DNA of 64,000 bases from a bacterium (GCA_021777565.1 JAJYDJ010000002.1:197082-261081); one strand, 5' to 3'. Shown: positions 39,491 to 50,527, counted from the first letter of the stretch. Notes: generated by a model from the letters alone, not told the origin. Program-made: numbers and translations.

Positions 39491-42451
39491 CTAGCCCATG
39501 AGATCACGGTATCTGCAGGCGAGGCAGTCTTTTTCACTGCAACGGCTCTCCCAGAAGCTAAGATCTTTGGTCTGTTGGATACAGTCGGTGATGAGTGCTT
39601 GAAGCGCCTGAATATCTTCATCAGTAATGGTAAATGTCTCTGATTTATATGATCCATTCTCAAGTGGGCGGACAAAATCAAGAGATGTCTCACGTGTCGC
39701 AAAACGCTTACTATTCCAATTCTCAACAAGCAGGGCATAGAAGGTTAACTGTCTTTTATACATCCCTTCTTCGCCGTCTTTCTCAAGTGAAGTGCGACTT
39801 TTGGGTCTACCTGTTTTGTAATCATGGATAACCCATCCAAGGTCGGTCTTTTCTAGAAGATCAAGTCTTCCTTTAAGATAGACATCATGACTTACACGCA
39901 CTTTATCAATGGATACTTCTGTCATAAGAGTGTCACTCCAGGAGGACACGATTTGTGAAAGAAAACCTGGGAGATCATGCCCTGCCTGTGTCATACATCG
40001 GGTCTTCATGTCAGAGGAGATATCTTCTTTTGTTAACATCTCATTCAAAGATTGAAGGAGCTCTTCTGTTGTTAGTGATTTTCTCTTCATAAGATACATC
40101 TTAATAAGTGAGTGAATGGCACTCCCATATATCATTGATTCATTTTTCTCTTGTGGTATCTCAATAAGATTTTCAAAAACAAAACGCCAAGGACAGGTGA
40201 GAAAATTATTTAAGGCAGTTGCAGAAATTCCTTTCTGTTGTAAAAGTGCCCAAATATATTTTTGATATAACTCATTTTGGTCGTTCTCTTGAACAATTTT
40301 TTCATGTGTTATGAGTGGTTGGTTGAGTACCTGTTGCTCAAATGCTGCTGTGTCGATTTCCTGAACATCAGATTGCAGTTCAGTGATGAATGATGAAGGG
40401 AGAACATGCTGCCCTGTGGTATCAGTATCTGCATACGTTACTACGACTTCTTTTCTCGCACGAGTAAGTGCAACATAAAAGAGCCTTCTCTCGTCATCTA
40501 CATCACTTGGTTGTGTGCTTAGCCTCGTTAGTGTGTGCCCCCATGGAATTTTAAATTGAGTCGCATGAGTACGATCATTGCCGAATCCCTTCTCAGTTCC
40601 ATGAACAATATAGACAATATCAAACTCTTTTCCCTTCGCTTTGTGCGCCGTCATCAATTGAACACCTTGGCGTAGTTGTTCTGGAATGTTTATAGACAGA
40701 GGGACATGATGGTCTTTCATGGAGGTAATATATCCAAGGAAATCCTCCAGTGTATACGACTCCTGTTTGGCTTGCAGTTCTTGTAGTTTGGCATAGAGTC
40801 GTTGCATTCTCTCAAGATGAAGAATTGAGTCGGGGAGAGTCAGGGCATAAGCAAGTAGTCCCGAAGAGTGAAGCATAGTTACGAAAAGATTGTCTACAGA
40901 TTCCTGGCTGTGACTCAACCACATCTCAAGTTTCATGAGAAATTCTGCTACTGCGTTGTTAAGAGTATGCTCAGACTGTTTGTCTTTCAATAGTTGGATA
41001 AGTGGTATGCGTTTTTCACGTGCTTGTTGGACATACTCATAGAGTGTAAGTGGGGGAATATGAAAGAATGGAAAGTGAAGACAGGCAAAAAGAAAAGTAT
41101 CTTCATGAGGATTTGCGACAAGTTGCAGAAGGGTTATTAGAAAATGGACTGCGACATCATCAAAAATGTTTTCATCTGTATGTGAGAAGAAAGTAATATG
41201 AGCGCTCTGGAGGCTCTCGATCAAGGGATATGCATCTTTATTGTTTCTTATCAAAATTGCTATTTCTTCAGGTGCAGTCCCATGTGAAATCTTATCTTGG
41301 ATGTCTTTTATAATAAATGCGTGTTCTGCATTCAGAGTCGTAAAATGTGCGAGCTGTATGGGACGAGATGGATAGTCCGAATTATGTTTGAGTGGCTCTT
41401 GAGAAAGAAGTGCGGAGCTTTGTGTGATAATTTTGTGCGATGCAGACAAAATGTCTGGCGTTGATCGATAATTTTGATCAAGCGAAATAAACACTGCCGA
41501 CGGATATTTTGTCTTAAAATAAAGAAAATTCTCAAGAGATGCACCCTGAAAACGATAAATTGCCTGCTTATCATCTCCTACAACAAAAAGATTTGGCGCA
41601 TCAAAATAATTGCATAAAAATTCAACAATTTTGTTCTGTGCAGTATTTGTATCTTGATGTTCATCTACCAAAATGTATTGATACTTTTCTTGCAGAGACA
41701 AGAGAAAGTCTGGATGATTGGCAAACGTGTCGAGGGTGATTAATAGCATGTCATTAAAGTCATACAGATGTTTCTCTCGAAGTATCTCTTGATAGTCTTT
41801 ATAGACGAGTAAGAGTTCTTTATTTTTTGCTATCGCTTTTTCTTCGTCTTTATACATTCCCTTCATCTTGCCTTTAAATCTTCCTGAGTCATATATTTTA
41901 TCCGGGGTGTCTAAAAAGGCTTGATCTTGTTGTTGTATCCCTTTCTGTAACATCTCAGGTGTAACTCCTTCTTTCTTGAGCTCATTAATAGCAGAAAGGA
42001 GTGGGCGAACATAATATGCTGGGTCACCAATTGGTTTAAGAATGTCAAAATCATGACTCGTTAGGATTGATTCTATCATTTGGATCTGGTCAAGTTCGGT
42101 TGCCGCGCTACTAGAAACAAATGATGGAAATTCTTCTGGATAGCTTTGGATAAGCATGTTTGCAAGCCCATGGAACGTGTAAATAGACACTCGGTATGCC
42201 GGCGTTCCAATAAGAGAAGCAAGTCTCTCTCTCATCTCAAAGGCTGCATTTTCAGTGAAGGTAAGTGCGAGAATATTCTCAGGGTTTATTTGTGTTTTTA
42301 AAAGGATATTCGCGATGCGTAGGGTAAGCACCTGGGTTTTTCCAGTCCCTGGGCCCGCAGCGACCAGTACAGGCCCTTCAATGGTGTCAACCGCAATTTT
42401 TTGATTTGCATTAAGTTTGTTGTATGCAGTCTCAAATTGAGAGTTCGTCAT
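39491..42451 (-). CDS. UvrD/PcrA-family helicase fused to PD-(D/E)xK nuclease (AddA/AdnAB-like)
   Basis: AGPGTGKT, LVDEHQD, QNYRST, TAHKAKGKEF, YVALTRA; nuclease GRLD...DYKTG...QLTFY. Confidence 0.93.
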   Translation of the reverse strand: MTNSQFETAYNKLNANQKIAVDTIEGPVLVAAGPGTGKTQVLTLRIANILLKTQINPENILALTFTENAAFEMRERLASLIGTPAYRVSIYTFHGLANMLIQSYPEEFPSFVSSSAATELDQIQMIESILTSHDFDILKPIGDPAYYVRPLLSAINELKKEGVTPEMLQKGIQQQDQAFLDTPDKIYDSGRFKGKMKGMYKDEEKAIAKNKELLLVYKDYQEILREKHLYDFNDMLLITLDTFANHPDFLLSLQEKYQYILVDEHQDTNTAQNKIVEFLCNYFDAPNLFVVGDDKQAIYRFQGASLENFLYFKTKYPSAVFISLDQNYRSTPDILSASHKIITQSSALLSQEPLKHNSDYPSRPIQLAHFTTLNAEHAFIIKDIQDKISHGTAPEEIAILIRNNKDAYPLIESLQSAHITFFSHTDENIFDDVAVHFLITLLQLVANPHEDTFLFACLHFPFFHIPPLTLYEYVQQAREKRIPLIQLLKDKQSEHTLNNAVAEFLMKLEMWLSHSQESVDNLFVTMLHSSGLLAYALTLPDSILHLERMQRLYAKLQELQAKQESYTLEDFLGYITSMKDHHVPLSINIPEQLRQGVQLMTAHKAKGKEFDIVYIVHGTEKGFGNDRTHATQFKIPWGHTLTRLSTQPSDVDDERRLFYVALTRARKEVVVTYADTDTTGQHVLPSSFITELQSDVQEIDTAAFEQQVLNQPLITHEKIVQENDQNELYQKYIWALLQQKGISATALNNFLTCPWRFVFENLIEIPQEKNESMIYGSAIHSLIKMYLMKRKSLTTEELLQSLNEMLTKEDISSDMKTRCMTQAGHDLPGFLSQIVSSWSDTLMTEVSIDKVRVSHDVYLKGRLDLLEKTDLGWVIHDYKTGRPKSRTSLEKDGEEGMYKRQLTFYALLVENWNSKRFATRETSLDFVRPLENGSYKSETFTITDEDIQALQALITDCIQQTKDLSFWESRCSEKDCLACRYRDLMG

Positions 42452-42470
42452 GAGGATATTCTAACACACT

Positions 42471-44309
42471 TTATTGGTAGCCTTTAGCTTGAAGAGTAAA
42501 AAGTTCTGCGTACTTGCTTTCCTTTTTCATCAATTGCTCATGATTGCCAGATTCAATGATTTTGCCTTTATCTAAAACATAGATAATGTCCGCATGCCGT
42601 ACCGTTGAGAACCGATGGGAAATAATCAGTACAGTTTTATTCTTGGAAAGTCTTTGAACTTTATCAAAAATTTCTGCTTCTGCCTTGGCATCAATTGCTG
42701 CCGTTGGCTCATCCAGGATAAGCACATCTGCATTGCGATAGAACGATTTCGCTAAGGCAACCTTTTGCCATTGTCCTCCGGAAAGTTCAATACCTCCTTC
42801 AAATGTTTTCCCGAGCATTTGATCAAATTTGTCCGGCAATTCAGTGATCATACTACTCGCTCCGGAGTCGCGAGCAGCATGAGTAATTTCTGCATCTCTG
42901 TATTCACGATTGATATCACCATAATGAATGTTTTCTTTTATCGTTGCATGATAGGTGCCATAATCCTGAAAAAGAATTCCGAGTTTTTCTCGCCAATCGT
43001 TTAGTTTGATCTCGTTGAGTGGGTGATTATCAATCGTAATCGTCCCAGATGATGGCTCGTACAATCGTGCCAATAATTTAATCACTGTTGATTTTCCAGC
43101 TCCATTCTCACCAACAAAAGCAACTTTCTGCCCTGATTCAATTGTTAATGAAAAGTCATTGAGTATATTCTTTTTCGAATCAGGGTATGCAAAGGTTACA
43201 TGCTCAAATTTGATCTCAGGTGCCTTCCCTTTATTGTTAAGTGGAATTGCTGTTGGGCTATCAATAATGGCTGGTTTTGTATCAATAACGAGGAAGACAT
43301 CCCGAATATATTGACTTTGTTCATAAATAGAAGCAAAACTACTAAACAAGCTGCTTAAACTACCCTGGAAGTTACTTACTGAAAGTGTATAAAGCTGCAA
43401 ATCTCCTAGTGTGTAGTTACGATAAATTACTTGAAAGACAACATACGCATCAATGCCCCAGGAGGTAAATGTTGACGCAAAACGAGATAGGATGATATAC
43501 ACAATATTTTCTTTTGCCAGTTTCTTGTTGTCTTCATAAAATTCTTTGCGGAATGTTTGTAATTGCATGAGGAATTTCTCTCGGAGGTTATATAGTTTTA
43601 TTTCTTTAATTTGTCGATAATCAATCAGCAGGTCTGTCAAATACCCTATCCTTTTTCGGATCGGCGCACGCCAACTCCATACATTATAAAATTGTTGTGA
43701 TTGTTTTGTCTGTCGAATAAATTCGGGGATCGCTACAAGCAGAAGAATGACAACAATCCAGACATTTGCACGTGCCAAAAATCCTAAGTAAATTGCTCCT
43801 CCAAAAATTGACTGTAGGACCATACCAATATTATCAATAAGTTGCTGAGGACGACCATATATACTGTTGGATGCTTTATGCATAATACTTTTAAATTCAC
43901 TATTTTCTAGGGTTTGTTGATCAAGTTGACTAACACTTTGCGTATAAATCTGCTGAATAATGTCAGGAGTTTTAATCCACATAAGTGTTCGGACAAAGCT
44001 TTGTAAGCTAAATGTCAATCCAGTAATTACTGGAATTACAAGCAGAACGCCAAGATAAAAATAAAGAGTTGGAAAAATTGGTGTGTGATGACTATATACG
44101 GCCACAATAAAATTAGTTAATTGCCGAATAATATAGAGATTTACACCGCCAAGGGCAGTTGGAATAAGTATGGTTAAAAGTGAAATGGTAAAAAGAAATT
44201 TGTTGTATTTCCAGACAAGCCGAATAAGTCGCCAACTTGTAGTGAAGGAGTCACGAATGGAAATTTTTTCTTTCTTCTTCTCTGCGTCGTCTTTGTGTTT
44301 CTTATTCAT
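42471..44309 (-). CDS. ABC exporter, fused TM and ATPase domains
   Basis: N-terminal TM helices, GENGAGKS, LSGGQWQK, LDEPT, ISHR. Confidence 0.94.
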   Translation of the reverse strand: MNKKHKDDAEKKKEKISIRDSFTTSWRLIRLVWKYNKFLFTISLLTILIPTALGGVNLYIIRQLTNFIVAVYSHHTPIFPTLYFYLGVLLVIPVITGLTFSLQSFVRTLMWIKTPDIIQQIYTQSVSQLDQQTLENSEFKSIMHKASNSIYGRPQQLIDNIGMVLQSIFGGAIYLGFLARANVWIVVILLLVAIPEFIRQTKQSQQFYNVWSWRAPIRKRIGYLTDLLIDYRQIKEIKLYNLREKFLMQLQTFRKEFYEDNKKLAKENIVYIILSRFASTFTSWGIDAYVVFQVIYRNYTLGDLQLYTLSVSNFQGSLSSLFSSFASIYEQSQYIRDVFLVIDTKPAIIDSPTAIPLNNKGKAPEIKFEHVTFAYPDSKKNILNDFSLTIESGQKVAFVGENGAGKSTVIKLLARLYEPSSGTITIDNHPLNEIKLNDWREKLGILFQDYGTYHATIKENIHYGDINREYRDAEITHAARDSGASSMITELPDKFDQMLGKTFEGGIELSGGQWQKVALAKSFYRNADVLILDEPTAAIDAKAEAEIFDKVQRLSKNKTVLIISHRFSTVRHADIIYVLDKGKIIESGNHEQLMKKESKYAELFTLQAKGYQ

Positions 44310-45276
44310 CCCTGGAAGGAAGCTCTCTCGTACTTGATAACTTCTGTCCCATGAGGGTAACAGTTTTTTGAGTTTGCGTCAACTGATTTGCCGCGTTGTT
44401 TAAGTGTTTATTAACAATGCCAAGTGATTCATCGACTTTTTCATAGTCGACCTTGAGACCATGAATTAATTTAAATACTTCTTTCGCTTGTGATTCTATT
44501 TTTCTTCCTTCAAAAGAGAGCAAGATTGTCTGGAGGTGGGCATACAAGGTGCTAGGCGAAACAATATATACTCGTTTTCTTCTTGCGTATTCAAGAAGTT
44601 CTGGGATATTTACGATTTCATAAAATACCCCTTCACTTGGGACATACATAAGAGCAAAATTCATAGTTCCTTCATCTGGCAAAATATATTTTTCAGCAAT
44701 AGCATCAATATGTCGTTTTACATCTCTTATGAATTCTCTCAGTGCTACCTCCTTCTCCTCTTTTGTTTTACTATTCACTAGCTTTTGAAAATTTTCCAGT
44801 GGAAATTTTGCATCGATGGGGAGAATGCCGGCATCAGTTTTAATCGCTGCATCTACTTTCTGCCCAGATTTAAAAGCATATTGCAAAGAAAATGTATTTT
44901 TAGGAAACGTTTGTGAGATAAGATCGTTAAGTACTTGTTCACCAACATTACCACGAAGCTTTGGGCTTTTTAAAAGAGTATTGAGTTCTTCCATATTGCG
45001 TCCAATTTCTGTCATTTTACCAATCTCAAGATTAACATCTCGTATCACAGAAGCTGCCTTATCAAGTCGCTCATTGAGTTGTTTGGTGTTCTCCTGGAGG
45101 ACTTGTGTCATATGTGAGGAATTAGACTGCAGAGAAATTTGCATGGATTTAAGCCATTCAAGAAGTGTGGTATCAGTCGCTTTTTGTGTGAGCTGATTGA
45201 GCTTGTTTAACACTACAAAAAGAAGGATACCGATTCCAATGGCAAGCACACAGAGGATGATCACGAGCAGATCCAT
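44302..45276 (-). CDS. rmuC: DNA recombination protein RmuC
   Basis: N-terminal TM, coiled coil, RGNVGE, PIDAKFP, MYVPSE, VSPSTL. Confidence 0.93.
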   Translation of the reverse strand: MDLLVIILCVLAIGIGILLFVVLNKLNQLTQKATDTTLLEWLKSMQISLQSNSSHMTQVLQENTKQLNERLDKAASVIRDVNLEIGKMTEIGRNMEELNTLLKSPKLRGNVGEQVLNDLISQTFPKNTFSLQYAFKSGQKVDAAIKTDAGILPIDAKFPLENFQKLVNSKTKEEKEVALREFIRDVKRHIDAIAEKYILPDEGTMNFALMYVPSEGVFYEIVNIPELLEYARRKRVYIVSPSTLYAHLQTILLSFEGRKIESQAKEVFKLIHGLKVDYEKVDESLGIVNKHLNNAANQLTQTQKTVTLMGQKLSSTRELPSRDE

Positions 45277-45315
45277 GTACTCACTAGTGTATCACAACGG
45301 GTTAGTGATCGCAGG

Positions 45316-45708
45316 TTATTTCCCACCCATGAATTGTAGACAATTGCCTTCTGGATCAAGGAACGTGGAAACATATCTTGGGTTTTCCTCTGTATATCCT
45401 GGCATAAGCTCAGGTTCACAGACAATGGTAACCTCAGGATGGGATTTTACTTTTTCATACCAACCAGATACAGAGTTGACGTATAAATTTATGATATGTC
45501 TATATGGATCGGGATTTTTTGCAGCAACTTTGTCATGCTTCCCAATCCATATTGTTGATCCGTCTCCTACTGCGACATCATAACCATAGTCGTTAGGAAT
45601 ATTGAGCTGTCTTGAGATGCTCAGGCCCAGTGTGTCGGTGTAAAACTTCACAAGGACATCAGGAGTGAGAGAAAAAACAAGATATTTGTATCTCTGAATT
45701 GGATCCAT
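45316..45708 (-). CDS. VOC/glyoxalase-family protein
   Basis: FYTDTLGL, FLDPEGNCLQF; start at ATG 45708. Confidence 0.85.
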   Translation of the reverse strand: MDPIQRYKYLVFSLTPDVLVKFYTDTLGLSISRQLNIPNDYGYDVAVGDGSTIWIGKHDKVAAKNPDPYRHIINLYVNSVSGWYEKVKSHPEVTIVCEPELMPGYTEENPRYVSTFLDPEGNCLQFMGGK

Positions 45709-45733
45709 GGAGTAATTATACACAAAAAATCTG

Positions 45734-46750
45734 TTAGTCAAAATATAATTCTGGATTTGCTCGCAACTCTTCCCAGGGTAGTGGGGTATTATGCATGATT
45801 GCTGCTGCACCAATCATGGCGGCATTATCAGTTGAGAATTTTCTTTCGGGCGAGAAGAATGCCAAATTATGTTCAGTCGCAACGGCACGAAATCTTTCAG
45901 TAAGAGTCTGGTTGGCGGTAACACCACCACCAAGAAGGATGGTTTTCACATTTAGATCTTCGGCTGCCTTAAAAGTGGTCTGGATCAGCATGTCAAAGAT
46001 GGCTTCCTGCAGTGCATAACAGAGATCATAGGTCATTGGTTCTGTCAGGTCTCCCTGGCTTTGTAATTTCTGCACTTCGTTGCGCACGGCGGTCTTAAGC
46101 CCTGAAAAAGAAAAATCGTATGGGGTATCAAGTCTTGCACGGGGGAAGGTGAATACGCCTTTGTGCCCTGATTTTGCATATTTCTCTATGGTTGGTCCCG
46201 CAGGATAAGAAAGACCCAGCAGTCTTCCCGACTTATCAAACGCCTCTCCTGCAGCATCATCACGTGTGCCTCCTATCCACCTGAGTGAGGTTTCATTCTC
46301 CATGAAAACGAGATCAGTATGTCCTCCAGAGACAATAAGAGCAAGTGCAGGAAAATCGCTCTCTTGTGGGGCAATTTCTGAAAGCCAGTTGGCATAAATG
46401 TGCCCATAGAGATGATTGACGGGAATGATTGGCTTATTCCAAACCCAGGCAAGTGTTTTTGCAGCCTCAACGCCTACGAGAAGCGAGCCAATGAGCCCAG
46501 GGCCATAGGTAACACCAATTGCATCGATGGAGTCTATTGGGGTATCTTGCAAAGCCTCTTTAATAACTGGCACCATAAATTTTGCTTGTTCACGAGCAGC
46601 CACCTCAGGGATTATGCCACCTGTTTGACTATGAAGGGCAAGAGAAGTTGCAATGACATTGGTTACGCAGTGCATACGGCCATTCTCGCCGCGTTCAATG
46701 ATGGCAGCACTTGTCTCGTCGCAGGATGTTTCAATAGCCAGGATACGCAT
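45734..46750 (-). CDS. tsaD: tRNA t6A37 threonylcarbamoyltransferase TsaD
   Basis: IETSCDET, GPGLIGSL, HLYGH, VSGGHT, DDAAGEAFDK, TDNAAMI. Confidence 0.97.
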   Translation of the reverse strand: MRILAIETSCDETSAAIIERGENGRMHCVTNVIATSLALHSQTGGIIPEVAAREQAKFMVPVIKEALQDTPIDSIDAIGVTYGPGLIGSLLVGVEAAKTLAWVWNKPIIPVNHLYGHIYANWLSEIAPQESDFPALALIVSGGHTDLVFMENETSLRWIGGTRDDAAGEAFDKSGRLLGLSYPAGPTIEKYAKSGHKGVFTFPRARLDTPYDFSFSGLKTAVRNEVQKLQSQGDLTEPMTYDLCYALQEAIFDMLIQTTFKAAEDLNVKTILLGGGVTANQTLTERFRAVATEHNLAFFSPERKFSTDNAAMIGAAAIMHNTPLPWEELRANPELYFD

Positions 46751-46759
46751 AAAGTGGAA

Positions 46760-47278
46760 TTAGTGGATGTTGAAGGTGGCAACATCACCAAGTTTGAATT
46801 GATATTTCTTACTCAAGCCACCACTGATTTCAAGGACGATATTTGATGGCGCGGCTGGCTTGAAAATTTGAGGATTAATTGACTGATTTACTGGTGGTTG
46901 TGCATTCTGGACCATAGTCACAATCTTGTTATTCTGGAAATAGATGATATCGAGTGCAAATCTCATTTGTTTCATCCAGAATCCGTAATAGTCTGGTGTA
47001 TCAAAAAGGAATACCATACCACGGTCCTGTGCTATGCTATCACGATTACCCAGACCTTGTACTTTCTGTTGCTCGCTTCGTGCAACTTCTACGGTAAAGA
47101 CATGTCCATCAATGGTAACAGTAGAAGGGACAGGGGTTGGACTTGCCACAGGAGCAGTTGTTGGGTTAGTTTGTGCACCTTTTTGAAGCTTCGGACTATT
47201 TTGGATGAGCAAAAATACGCCTACGCCAATCGCGATGAGTATTCCTAAAATAAGCCATCGAGAACTTTGCAGTTGCAT
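46760..47278 (-). CDS. DUF192 family membrane-anchored protein
   Basis: VEVA...GLGNR...GMVF...FWMKQMRFALDIIY, VLEI. Confidence 0.9.
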   Translation of the reverse strand: MQLQSSRWLILGILIAIGVGVFLLIQNSPKLQKGAQTNPTTAPVASPTPVPSTVTIDGHVFTVEVARSEQQKVQGLGNRDSIAQDRGMVFLFDTPDYYGFWMKQMRFALDIIYFQNNKIVTMVQNAQPPVNQSINPQIFKPAAPSNIVLEISGGLSKKYQFKLGDVATFNIH

Positions 47279-47300
47279 AGGTATAGTATAGCACAATGGA

Positions 47301-48461
47301 TCAAACGAAAGTAATTTTGACTGGTTTGATGAGAAGGAGTACAGAGATCAAAAAGGAGACAGCAATAGCTGCAATGAATGGTGCTTGTGCACTGTACCAG
47401 GCAAAAAGAAGCCCAAAGACAAATTGTCCAATCGCACTACCGCTATCCCCGGCAATAACATGCATTGCTGATCCTTTTGTCATGTGTTCTGAGGGGAGCG
47501 CATCAAAGGTGAGTCCTTTAATGACAGGAGAAGTACCTCGCGCAAAAATGCCAAGGATAAAAGTGAGTACATATAAGAGAACAATATTAGATGTAATGAG
47601 AAGCAAGATCAAAAGGACACCCATAAGGAACTCGCTATACATGAGTGCGATTGTCCCAGATGACCTTTTTGCAAAAAATCCTATTACCCATCTACCACAC
47701 AGATATCCACCAAAGATACAAGATTGCAAAAGGATGCTGCTTTCAAGTGAATATCCTTTTGCAAGAAAGATGAATGGAAGAAATACGAAAAGCTGTGAAC
47801 TTGCCAGTGAATCAAGAAATTCAAAGACTAATGTGTATAAAAATGTTTTGTTTTTTCTCAGTGGCTGTAGATCTTTTTCTTTGGAAAGTGTTTTTGCAGA
47901 CTGGATATTGGGTAGTACCCACGAGAGAACCAAAGACAGACAAGAAATAAAAATAATACAGAGCAATGGAATCTGCTTGAATCCTAGATATATTGCGCCA
48001 CTAACGATAAGTGGGAAGATAATACGTGCCAGATCTGTCATCATAAATAGTGCTGCAAGCGTGGTATAACGATCACCTGGTTTGGTCATGTGCCCTGCAA
48101 GCGTATTTACCCCTGACATCCCGATACCTACCCCAAATCCTGCAATGATGAACGCACACATAAGTAACGATTGGCTCAGGACAAGATAGCCAGCATAGAG
48201 TATCACTGCGGCCAAGATGAGAAGAAGGGATGATCCGATCATGATCTTCTTTACTGATGCTCGGTGTGCCCATTTTGCTATGACAAATGCACCAAGGATT
48301 AGGAAAAAGATAAAAAGTCCACCCCAGTAGCCAACGGCAAGTTTATTCACAATATGTTCTTCGTAAAATACAGGAAGTAGTACAAAATAAAAAACACCAG
48401 AGCCCTTAACAATAGTTTGCAATAGTGAGAGATTGATATATCCAAAAATGCCCTTTTTCAT
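47301..48461 (-). CDS. MFS transporter
   Basis: About 12 hydrophobic segments in two halves; start at ATG 48461. Confidence 0.8.
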   Translation of the reverse strand: MKKGIFGYINLSLLQTIVKGSGVFYFVLLPVFYEEHIVNKLAVGYWGGLFIFFLILGAFVIAKWAHRASVKKIMIGSSLLLILAAVILYAGYLVLSQSLLMCAFIIAGFGVGIGMSGVNTLAGHMTKPGDRYTTLAALFMMTDLARIIFPLIVSGAIYLGFKQIPLLCIIFISCLSLVLSWVLPNIQSAKTLSKEKDLQPLRKNKTFLYTLVFEFLDSLASSQLFVFLPFIFLAKGYSLESSILLQSCIFGGYLCGRWVIGFFAKRSSGTIALMYSEFLMGVLLILLLITSNIVLLYVLTFILGIFARGTSPVIKGLTFDALPSEHMTKGSAMHVIAGDSGSAIGQFVFGLLFAWYSAQAPFIAAIAVSFLISVLLLIKPVKITFV

Positions 48462-48522
48462 AACGCCTATTATAGAGAATTCTCTTCTAGATTGCAGTAG
48501 ATGAAGCGTGTATAATAATCTC

Positions 48523-49809
48523 ATGTTGGATATTAAATACGTCAGGGAGAATAAGGAAAAAGTAGAGAAAGCAGCTCGTGATAAGCACATGACTGTGGAT
48601 ATTACTCATGTGTTGGAGATTGATGATAAACGAAAAGAGTTGCAAATTGTTGTCCAACAACTGCAAGAAGAGAGAAATATCTTAACCAATGCTATCACAG
48701 GTAAACCTACAGATGACCAAATTGCAAAGGGGAAAGAACTACGAGAAAGACTGGCTCGCGAGGAAGATGCACTCAAGGCAGTACAAGAAGAGTTGAAAGA
48801 ATATCTGTATAAAGTTCCTAACGTGCCTCTGGATAGTGTCCCATTCGGTGAGAGTGAAGATGATAACGTCGTAAGTAAGACAGTGGGAGAGCCAACGAAA
48901 TTTAGTTTTCAACCGAAGAATCATTGGGAGATTGCGCAACTGCATGGGTGGATTGATAAAGAACGTGCAGCAAAAGTGAGTGGTGCACGATTTGCATACC
49001 TAAAAGGTGATCTCGTACGACTTCATTTTGCTGTAGTTCAATTTGTCATGCAGACACTGACTGATGAGAGTGTTTTGAAAAAAATTATTGATGGAAACCA
49101 TCTCAATGTTAGTCCAAAAGGATTTGTCCCGGTACTTCCTCCTGCGATGGTAAGGACGGAGCCATATCAAAAAACCGCACGGCTCAACAAAGAGGAAACA
49201 ACATATAAGATTGAAGGTGAGGATGCTTGGCTTAATGCAAGTGCTGAGCACAGTCTATGCCCGATGTATATGGATGAGACACTTGAAGAACAGGAGTTGC
49301 CACTTCGCTTTATTGGGTATAGTACTTCTTTTAGAAAAGAAGCCGGGACCTATGGGAAGGATATGGAAGGTATTTTACGCATGCACCAATTTGATAAATT
49401 GGAAATGGAAAGCTTCACAACACCAGAAGAAGGATTGGAAGAACATGCATTTTTAATTGCAATTCAAGAATATCTGATGCAGGAATTAGGACTTCCTTAT
49501 CGGGTTTTGCAAAAGTGCGTTGCCGATATTGGTGGGCCAAATGCCGCAGGAGTAGACATAGAAGTTTGGCTTCCAGGTCAGCAAAAGTATCGAGAAACGC
49601 ACACGGCTGACTACATGACTGATTACCAAGCACGAAGATTACAGACTCGTATTAAAGGGAAAGGATTCGTTCATACCAATGATGCGACTGCTATGTCACA
49701 ACGTCCGCTTATCGCGATTCTTGAGAACTATCAACAAGAAGATGGAAGTGTACGGGTTCCACAAGTGCTTCAAAAATGGATTGGGAAAGAAGTTATTGGC
49801 GAAAAATAA
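48523..49809 (+). CDS. serS: Serine-tRNA ligase
   Basis: MLDIKYVREN, FRKEAG..GKD..GILRMHQFDK, YQARRL, ENYQ. Confidence 0.97.
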   Translation: MLDIKYVRENKEKVEKAARDKHMTVDITHVLEIDDKRKELQIVVQQLQEERNILTNAITGKPTDDQIAKGKELRERLAREEDALKAVQEELKEYLYKVPNVPLDSVPFGESEDDNVVSKTVGEPTKFSFQPKNHWEIAQLHGWIDKERAAKVSGARFAYLKGDLVRLHFAVVQFVMQTLTDESVLKKIIDGNHLNVSPKGFVPVLPPAMVRTEPYQKTARLNKEETTYKIEGEDAWLNASAEHSLCPMYMDETLEEQELPLRFIGYSTSFRKEAGTYGKDMEGILRMHQFDKLEMESFTTPEEGLEEHAFLIAIQEYLMQELGLPYRVLQKCVADIGGPNAAGVDIEVWLPGQQKYRETHTADYMTDYQARRLQTRIKGKGFVHTNDATAMSQRPLIAILENYQQEDGSVRVPQVLQKWIGKEVIGEK

Positions 49810-50527
49810 CTAAAAATCTATTTGCTCCAAACTCATCTCGTCGTATTTCTCCTGTAAGTCCTGAAGGAATAGTAAATGACGCGTGTGAGTGAGTGTCATC
49901 TATCTCCAGAATCGCAAATCCATCTGGTGCAAGTCTATCCGGTAATTGTTGTAAAAAGTTATTGATTATTTCAGCCCCTGTCGGCCCACCATCAAGTGCG
50001 AGAAGTGGCTCATATGCTTTTACGCTTGCATCAAGACGCTTTATTCTTTCAGAAGGGATATAGGGGAGATTCGCAGTAATCACATCAAATGTCCCACTGA
50101 TTGATTGAAATAGATCACTTACAACAAGGGAAATATCTTTTTGATCGTGTGAAATGTGTCGCTGTACATTTTTCTGTGCGATTTTCAATGCATCTGGTGA
50201 AATATCAGCAAGCGTCAACGAACAAGAAATTTCTTTTTTTTGCAGTTCTAAGAACAATGTAATACCAATACAACCACTTCCTGTGCCAAGATCTAACACT
50301 CGAACAGACTTTTTTTTCACATGATTGAGCGAAAGAGTAATGATTTCTTCAGTTTCGATACGTGGGATAAGAACATGTTCATCAACAAAAAAATCTCTTC
50401 CATAAAATTCTGCAACCCCAACAATATATTCGACTGGTTTTTCATCAGTAATTTCTTCCCAGTTTTTTTGGTGTTTGTATAAAAAGTTTTTTTCTCTTGG
50501 AGATAAAATTCTTTTTTGTGCCTGCAT
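49793..50527 (-). CDS. prmC: Release factor glutamine methyltransferase PrmC/HemK
   Basis: PVEYIVG, VLIPRIETE, DLGTGSG, NLPYI, EPLLALDGG. Confidence 0.92.
   Translation of the reverse strand: MQAQKRILSPREKNFLYKHQKNWEEITDEKPVEYIVGVAEFYGRDFFVDEHVLIPRIETEEIITLSLNHVKKKSVRVLDLGTGSGCIGITLFLELQKKEISCSLTLADISPDALKIAQKNVQRHISHDQKDISLVVSDLFQSISGTFDVITANLPYIPSERIKRLDASVKAYEPLLALDGGPTGAEIINNFLQQLPDRLAPDGFAILEIDDTHSHASFTIPSGLTGEIRRDEFGANRFLVIFRQ

Noticed and set aside
39136-39738. ORFs 39136-39336 (+) and 39361-39738 (-)
   Set aside because: They overlap the RNase P RNA and the end of the helicase gene
47296-48069. 257-aa plus-strand ORF
   Set aside because: Antisense to the MFS gene; typical shadow of a hydrophobic protein
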